NCBI GenBank assembly: GCA_965218795.1
Contig: OZ244653.1
Location: forward strand, 3,008,001 to 3,072,000
Reading direction: 5' to 3'
DNA: 64,000 bases
From: a bacterium
Lineage (GTDB): Bacteria; UBA8248; JACPRG01; G963555815
Shown one piece after another: positions 58,450 to 64,000 of the stretch; the stretch's first letter is position 1, and the number at the start of each line of letters is the position of its first letter. The notes beneath the pieces were generated by a model, which was given only the letters and a program-made list of their open reading frames with translations, made no database searches and was not told the DNA's origin. Position numbers and translations under genes: made by a program.

Positions 58450-60747
58450 TCAGCCGGCCCGCTTTTCCTGCAACGCGGACAAAATCTTTTCCGCAGTGAC
58501 GGGGAGGTCCTTGATGCGGACGCCCACGGCGTCGAAGACAGCGTTGGCGATGGCAGGGGCCGTCGGCACCAGGACGGATTCTCCCATTCCCTTCGCCCCG
58601 AAGGGTCCGGTCGGGTCGGGATTCTCGAGGGTCCGGTATTCAATGGGTGGAACGTCGAGGGTCGTCGGTATCTTGTAGTCCACCATGGTCCCGTTGGTCA
58701 GCGCGCCCTCCTCAAAGCGCAACTCTTCCGCCAGGGCGTATCCAATCCCCTGTGTGACGCCGCCCTCGATCTGTCCTTCGAGCCCTCCGCGGTTGATGAC
58801 TCGACCGACGTCGTGTGAGCAGACCAGTTGGAGGAGCTCGACTTCTCCCGTTTCCTCGTCCACTTCCACTTCCGCGATGTGCGCGACGTATCCATGGGCG
58901 GGGAACTCGTGCATCGGGGCTCCTTCCCAGTATTCGGGCACGGAGGGTGGCGTGGGGGGGGACCAGGACCCTTTCCCGATGATCGGCCCGTCTTGATGGA
59001 TGTTGGCGGCCCTGACAATCTCCGCAAAAGAGAGCCCCCTGTCCGGAGAGGATGAGATGAAGACCCGTTCGTCCTCAATTTGCAAATCTTCCTGCGGAGC
59101 CTCCAGCATGTCGGCCGCGCGGCGGAGGAGTTCATCCCGGGCATCCATGGCCGCCAGACGGACGGCGCCGCCCATCGTCAAGGTGGATCGGCTGGCGCCG
59201 GTGAACAGGTCGAATGGCGTAAGGTCCGTATCGCTCGCAACAATTCGCACTTTTTCATAGGGTACGCCCGTGACCTCCGCGGCAAGCTGGGCGGCGACCG
59301 TGTGCTGGCCCGCGCCGATTTCCACTGTCCCCGTCACGACCTGAAGGCTCCCGTCCGACATCCATTTGACGTTTGCGGAGGAGCTCCAGCCCCCCGTCGG
59401 ATGGGACGCCGCGGCGATCCCGATCCCTCGTTTTCGCCCGTTGGAACCGCTCTTCTTCCCCTTGCCCCATCCGAACGCCTCGACGGCCAGATCCAGCGTT
59501 TCGCGGAACCAAACATCGGGAAAACGGGCACCGTTGACCATCATGTCGTTGGGCCCGAGTCCGTTCAGGCGGCGAAGCTCAACCGGATCGATGTCGAGCG
59601 ATCGGGCAATGACGTCCATTTGGGATTCGGTGGCAAACGTCACCTGCGGGTTGCCGTAACCCCGGAACGCTCCGCTCATGTTCTTGTTCGTGTAGACGAC
59701 GCGCGCCTCGATATTGACATGGGGGGTCTTGTAAGGCCCGCGCGCCTTGAAGCCCCCGAAGGAAGCGACCGACGGGCCATGATCCGCGTAGGCCCCCGTA
59801 TCCATGACCATTTTGAAATCCCATGCGGTGAGCGTCCCGTCGCGTTTGACGCCCGACCTGATATCGATGATGGCCGGGTGGCGCTTGAACGTGACCGCGA
59901 AGTCCTCCTCGCGCCCGAGGATGACGCGAACGGGTTTGCGTGTCTTGAAGGCCAGAGCGGCCGCATAGAGGTCCGCCCGGGGTTTTTTCCCGCCGAAACC
60001 GCCTCCTACGGCCGAACTGATGACACGCACGCGCGTTCCCGGGATGTCCAGGAGATGGACGATCCATTCCTGAATCTTCGACACCCCCTGCGTGGTCGTC
60101 CAGACCGTCAGATCACCGGCCGCCCCGCAATCCGCCAGGGCGGCGTGGGTCTCCAGGTACGTCGGGTGGTGGGAATGCGTGGTGTATCGGTTCTCGATGA
60201 CCTCGTCGGCTTCGCGCAGGCCCGTCTCCACGTCTCCATAACGAAACCCCAGGCGGCAAACCTGGTTTCCTTGCCTCCCGACCACCTCGTAATACGATTT
60301 GTGCTCGGCAAAGTCCTCGTGGATGAGCGGGGCGTCGGGCTCGAGGGCTTCCAGGGGGTCGAAGATGGCCGGCAATTCCTCATACTCGACTTGGATGAGG
60401 TCCAGGGCCTCTTGGGCGGTGTCGTCGTCAACGGCGGCTACGGCCGCGATTTCGTCTCCGACGTACCGTACCTTTTCATCATGGAAGAGGGTCTGGTCCA
60501 GGATCCATTGGCCGTAGTGCGTCCGGGGAAGTCCGCCGGCCGTCAGGACGGTTTCGACTCCTTTGTGTTTGAGCGCCTTGGAGGTATCGATGTGGAGAAC
60601 CCGTGCGTGCGGGTAGGGGCTGCGAAGGATTCGCCCCTGAAGACATCCGGCCTTCCTCAGGTCGGCCGCGTATTGGGATGCCCCCGTGGCCTTGGGCACT
60701 CCGTCTATCCGCGGAACGCTTTTCCCGAGAACCCGGTGTGCGTTCAA
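58450..60747 (-). CDS. Xanthine dehydrogenase family Mo-binding large subunit (no co-transcribed M/S genes)
   Basis: LRSPYPHAR, VGGGFGGK, GAFRGYGNPQ, TGASRST and AKGMGES motifs; TTG start. Confidence 0.93.
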   Translation of the reverse strand: MNAHRVLGKSVPRIDGVPKATGASQYAADLRKAGCLQGRILRSPYPHARVLHIDTSKALKHKGVETVLTAGGLPRTHYGQWILDQTLFHDEKVRYVGDEIAAVAAVDDDTAQEALDLIQVEYEELPAIFDPLEALEPDAPLIHEDFAEHKSYYEVVGRQGNQVCRLGFRYGDVETGLREADEVIENRYTTHSHHPTYLETHAALADCGAAGDLTVWTTTQGVSKIQEWIVHLLDIPGTRVRVISSAVGGGFGGKKPRADLYAAALAFKTRKPVRVILGREEDFAVTFKRHPAIIDIRSGVKRDGTLTAWDFKMVMDTGAYADHGPSVASFGGFKARGPYKTPHVNIEARVVYTNKNMSGAFRGYGNPQVTFATESQMDVIARSLDIDPVELRRLNGLGPNDMMVNGARFPDVWFRETLDLAVEAFGWGKGKKSGSNGRKRGIGIAAASHPTGGWSSSANVKWMSDGSLQVVTGTVEIGAGQHTVAAQLAAEVTGVPYEKVRIVASDTDLTPFDLFTGASRSTLTMGGAVRLAAMDARDELLRRAADMLEAPQEDLQIEDERVFISSSPDRGLSFAEIVRAANIHQDGPIIGKGSWSPPTPPSVPEYWEGAPMHEFPAHGYVAHIAEVEVDEETGEVELLQLVCSHDVGRVINRGGLEGQIEGGVTQGIGYALAEELRFEEGALTNGTMVDYKIPTTLDVPPIEYRTLENPDPTGPFGAKGMGESVLVPTAPAIANAVFDAVGVRIKDLPVTAEKILSALQEKRAG

Positions 60748-60899
60748 GATTCCGCCTTTTCAAAAGGAGAAGACCCTTTTTGTCGTGACCGCCGTTCTAG
60801 CGACAAAGATACAATTTCATTATTATATTATAAGTGTTGCAACCGTGTTCTGGAGTGAGACCTTCCGGAGCGAGTCGTCGAACGGTTCCTTTGCGCGGT

Positions 60900-62330
60900 T
60901 TTCGATGAGTCCGAATCCAGAGGGGAGTTCGGTACAAATCGCCGCGATGGATTTTGAGAGAAAAGAGAGGGTAGAGCGGACATGAAGCCAGCCGCATTTT
61001 CGTACGTATCACCGGAGACGGTTTCAGAGGTCATGGAGTTGTTGGGCCGTTACGGTGAGGATTGCAAGCTGCTGGCAGGGGGTCAGAGCCTGCTTCCGAT
61101 GCTGGGGATGCGCCTTCACCGTCCCTCGGTGGTGGTGGATCTGAACCGGGTGGCGGAGTTGTCGGGGATTGAGGAGGCGAACGGCACGGTGCGCATTGGA
61201 GCGATGACGCGGCACTCGTCGGTGGAGCATTCGCCGTTGGTCGCCTCGCAGGTGCCGTTGCTGTCCCAGGCGGTTCCTCAGATCGGCCATGCGGCGATTC
61301 GGAACCGAGGGACGCTGGGGGGGAGCGTGGTCCACAATCACCCGGCCTCCGAGTTGCCTGCGGTGGCAGCGGCGCTGGATGCGGAGTTGGTCGTTCGGGG
61401 TCCTTCGGGAGAGCGGACGCTGGGTCCGGGAGCGTTTTTCACCTCATATCTGTCCACCGCCCTGGGCGAGGATGAGTTGTTGACGTCGGTGCGTTTTCCG
61501 GTATTGGGGTCGGATTGGCGGACGTCGTTTTTGGAGTTTTCGCGTCGTGTGGGAGACTTTGCGCTGGTGGGGGCGGCGGTGGCGGTTCGGATGGAGGGGG
61601 GCGGTTGCGCGGAGGGCCGGATCGCGCTGACGGGCGTGGGGGGGATACCGACGCGTGCGCGTGGGGCGGAGGGCCTGTTGTCGGGGGCGGTGCTGGATGC
61701 GGAGTTGTTGTCAGGGGTGTCCGAGGCGGTGAAGGGAGAGGTGGAGCCGCTGTCGGACTTTCACGGTTCATCGGATTACCGTCGTCACTTGTGCGGGGTG
61801 TTGGTGGGTCGGGCGCTGGCGTCGGTGTCGGAGGGGGTCGGGTAGATGAGCGTTTTGGAGCCACAGGGCCGTTTGCGCGTGGAGTTGGAGGTGAACGGGG
61901 AGTCCCGTAGCGGTGAGGTGGAGGCCCGCAAGAGCCTAGCGGACTTTTTGCGGGAGGACCTTCGTCTGACGGGTACGCACGTGGGTTGCGAGCAGGGGGT
62001 GTGCGGCGCTTGCACGGTTTTGCTGGAGGGGGAGGCGGTGCGTTCGTGCCTGATGCTGGCGGCGCAGGCTTCGGGCCGTTCGGTGGAGACGGTGGAGGGA
62101 CTGGCGCCTCCGGAGGGTCCGCTTCACCCGATCCAGGAGGCGTTTCGGACGCACCATGCGCTTCAGTGCGGGTTTTGCACGCCGGGTTTTTTGATGACGC
62201 TGAAGTCTGCGCTGTCCGCGCCGCGTACGTGGAGCCGAGAGGAGATTCGTCACCTGCTGTCGGGGAACGTCTGCCGTTGCACGGGCTATCAGCACATCGT
62301 AGACGCGGTGGAGACTGCGGCGCGGGAAAT
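60900..62330 (+). other. Second tract of intense G>C and T>A skew (GRINS-like)
   Basis: Hand counts: 61501-61560 G24 C8 T22 A6; 61681-61740 G32 C8 T12 A8. C-ending codons return in the next gene. Boundaries are approximate. Confidence 0.75.
60982..61845 (+). CDS. Mo-hydroxylase FAD-binding medium subunit (CoxM-like)
   Basis: MKPAAFSY, LAGGQSL, IRNRGTLGG, RRVGDFA and DFHGSSDYRR motifs. Confidence 0.93.
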   Translation: MKPAAFSYVSPETVSEVMELLGRYGEDCKLLAGGQSLLPMLGMRLHRPSVVVDLNRVAELSGIEEANGTVRIGAMTRHSSVEHSPLVASQVPLLSQAVPQIGHAAIRNRGTLGGSVVHNHPASELPAVAAALDAELVVRGPSGERTLGPGAFFTSYLSTALGEDELLTSVRFPVLGSDWRTSFLEFSRRVGDFALVGAAVAVRMEGGGCAEGRIALTGVGGIPTRARGAEGLLSGAVLDAELLSGVSEAVKGEVEPLSDFHGSSDYRRHLCGVLVGRALASVSEGVG

Positions 62331-62358
62331 GCATGACCCGGTGGGTCCCCCATCATGA
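61846..62358 (+). CDS. Mo-hydroxylase [2Fe-2S] small subunit (CoxS-like)
   Basis: GCEQGVCGAC, QCGFCTPG and NVCRCTGY motifs. Confidence 0.93.
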   Translation: MSVLEPQGRLRVELEVNGESRSGEVEARKSLADFLREDLRLTGTHVGCEQGVCGACTVLLEGEAVRSCLMLAAQASGRSVETVEGLAPPEGPLHPIQEAFRTHHALQCGFCTPGFLMTLKSALSAPRTWSREEIRHLLSGNVCRCTGYQHIVDAVETAAREMHDPVGPPS

Positions 62359-64000
62359 GTTCGGACCTGCACTGGAACCCCCGGTTCTTCGGGGCCCGCG
62401 TCACGAGAGTCGAGGATCAGAGACTCCTGACAGGAAACGGCCGGTACGTGGATGATCTCCCGGACCGGGACGCCCTCCACGCCGCATTCCTTCGCTCCCC
62501 CTATGCCCACGCGAAAATCACGTCGATTGACGTGACCGGAGCCCTGGAAGCAGGCGCGATTGCCGCCTTTACCGCTCACGACATGGGTGATTGCTGGAAG
62601 GAGTTGCCGGTCCCCATCCCCCATCCGGCGTTGCGGCCGCACAATACGGTCCCCCTGGCGAAAGACAAGGCCAAGTACATGGGCGAGCCGGTCGTCGTCG
62701 TGCTGGCGGAGAGTCGGGCCGCGGCCGAGGATGCGCTCGAGGGCGTCCGGGTCTCTTATGAGATTCTGCCGGCGGTCGCGCATCCGATTGACGCGCTGAA
62801 GGACGACGCCCCTTTGGTCCACGACGACCTGGGAGACAACGTGGCGGCGCACCTGGAGGTCCGAATCGGGGAACCGGACGAGGCGCTCGATGCTTCTCCG
62901 AACCGCGAGACCCTCCGTCTGAAAATGCAGCGTGGGGGCTGCGGGGCCATGGAGACCCGCGGCCATCTGGCGTCCTACGATCCCAAGTTCGATCATCTGA
63001 CCCTCTACGCCACCAGCCAGACGCCGCACCTGTTGCGAAGCGACCTGGCTTATATGCTGGGTCGGTCGGATGGCTCCATCGACGTGGTGGCACCGGACGT
63101 CGGGGGCGGATTCGGCCCCAAGGCCTATCCCTATCCGGAAGATACGGTGATCGCCTGGGCGGCCATCCGCATGAAGGGAAGCGTCAAGTGGATCGAAGAC
63201 CGGATTGAGCATATCCAGTCCACGGTTCAGGAGCGCGAGCAGCACCACGAGGTGGAGATCGGTTTCGATGAGGAGGGACGCCTTCTGGCGCTCAAGGATC
63301 GCAGCGTGTGCGACATCGGCGCGTACCTGCCCTGGAGCATTGTGGTTCCCCTCCTTTCGGTGACCTGCATTCCCGGCCCGTACAAGCTCCGGAACTTCTC
63401 CGCCGCCATGGACGTCGCCTATACGCACCGGGTGCCCGTTGCACCGGTCCGGGGGGCGGGACGTATTCAATCGGTCTTCATCATGGAGCGCGCGCTGGAC
63501 CATATCGCGGACCGGCTCGGGAAGGATCCGGCCGAGGTCCGCCACGAGAACTACGTCCAGCCGGACGAGTTCCCGTATGAGGTCGGTCTCCGCGCCCGCG
63601 ACGGCAGCATGATGACCTATGACAGCGGAGATTATCCGAGGCTCCTGGAAATGGCCAAAGAGGCCTCGGGGTACGAGGAGTTCCGAAAGGGAAATCGCCC
63701 GCCCGGCGAAGAGAACGATCCGGAGAGCGGGATCTACGTGGGGATGGGGATGAGCTGCAACATCGAAGGGACGGGGTTCGGTCCCTTCGAAGGAGCGGTG
63801 ATCCGCATCGAGCCATCCGGCCGGATCACTCTCGCCACAGGCGCCGCGTCCCAGGGACAGGGACACGAAACCGTTCTGGCCCAGGCCTTGGCGGACGTAT
63901 TGAACGTATCGCCGGAAGACGTCACGGTCGTGACGGGCGATACGCGGGCCATCCCGTACGGCTATGGCGCCTTTGCCAGCCGAATAGCCGTCATGGCGAC
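62355..64000 (+). CDS. Xanthine dehydrogenase family Mo-binding large subunit (CoxL/CutL-like), partial
   Basis: Not in ORF track because it runs off the window. Hand translation: MSSDLHWNPRFFGARVTRVEDQRLLTGNGRYVDD...DVGGGFGPK...APVRGAGR...YDSGDY...GAFASR. Confidence 0.92.
   Translation, partial: MSSDLHWNPRFFGARVTRVEDQRLLTGNGRYVDDLPDRDALHAAFLRSPYAHAKITSIDVTGALEAGAIAAFTAHDMGDCWKELPVPIPHPALRPHNTVPLAKDKAKYMGEPVVVVLAESRAAAEDALEGVRVSYEILPAVAHPIDALKDDAPLVHDDLGDNVAAHLEVRIGEPDEALDASPNRETLRLKMQRGGCGAMETRGHLASYDPKFDHLTLYATSQTPHLLRSDLAYMLGRSDGSIDVVAPDVGGGFGPKAYPYPEDTVIAWAAIRMKGSVKWIEDRIEHIQSTVQEREQHHEVEIGFDEEGRLLALKDRSVCDIGAYLPWSIVVPLLSVTCIPGPYKLRNFSAAMDVAYTHRVPVAPVRGAGRIQSVFIMERALDHIADRLGKDPAEVRHENYVQPDEFPYEVGLRARDGSMMTYDSGDYPRLLEMAKEASGYEEFRKGNRPPGEENDPESGIYVGMGMSCNIEGTGFGPFEGAVIRIEPSGRITLATGAASQGQGHETVLAQALADVLNVSPEDVTVVTGDTRAIPYGYGAFASRIAVMA

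Noticed and set aside
1-64000. CRISPR arrays, rRNA, retron or reverse-transcriptase systems
   Set aside because: No regularly spaced repeats, rRNA-like sequence or RT/Cas motifs were seen by eye.

Overview
GC-rich bacterial chromosomal window dominated by catabolism of N-heterocycles, amides and aromatic ketones. It contains five xanthine-dehydrogenase-family molybdenum hydroxylase large subunits with four FAD and four 2Fe-2S subunits and a CoxG. It also has two cyclic amidohydrolases, an acetophenone-carboxylase-like (apcABCD) operon led by a 3-oxoacid CoA-transferase and a CouO-like beta-ketoacyl-CoA hydrolase, and CUT1-type ABC importers with a duplicated binding-protein/acetamidase module. 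Other genes are ampG, rfbB, a PrpF + ICL/PEP-mutase pair and tRNA-Leu(TAA). There are three IS elements (IS1595, IS630, IS3) and a small decayed low-GC islet. Most notable observations: (1) two ~1.4 kb tracts of intense G>C and T>A skew covering the FAD and 2Fe-2S genes of two Mo-hydroxylases, resembling the GRINS elements described in polyketide synthases; (2) a plausible unreported aryl-ketone route combining Apc carboxylation, CoA transfer and hydrolytic C-C cleavage; (3) an OsmC-family gene split in the ORF track by an in-frame UGA at the catalytic Cys position and followed by a SECIS-like hairpin (probable selenoprotein); (4) a c-di-GMP-I-like riboswitch; (5) a zinc-ribbon gene interrupted by IS3, directly followed by a degenerate tRNA-like element. 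All family assignments are from motif recognition by eye; no searches were run.
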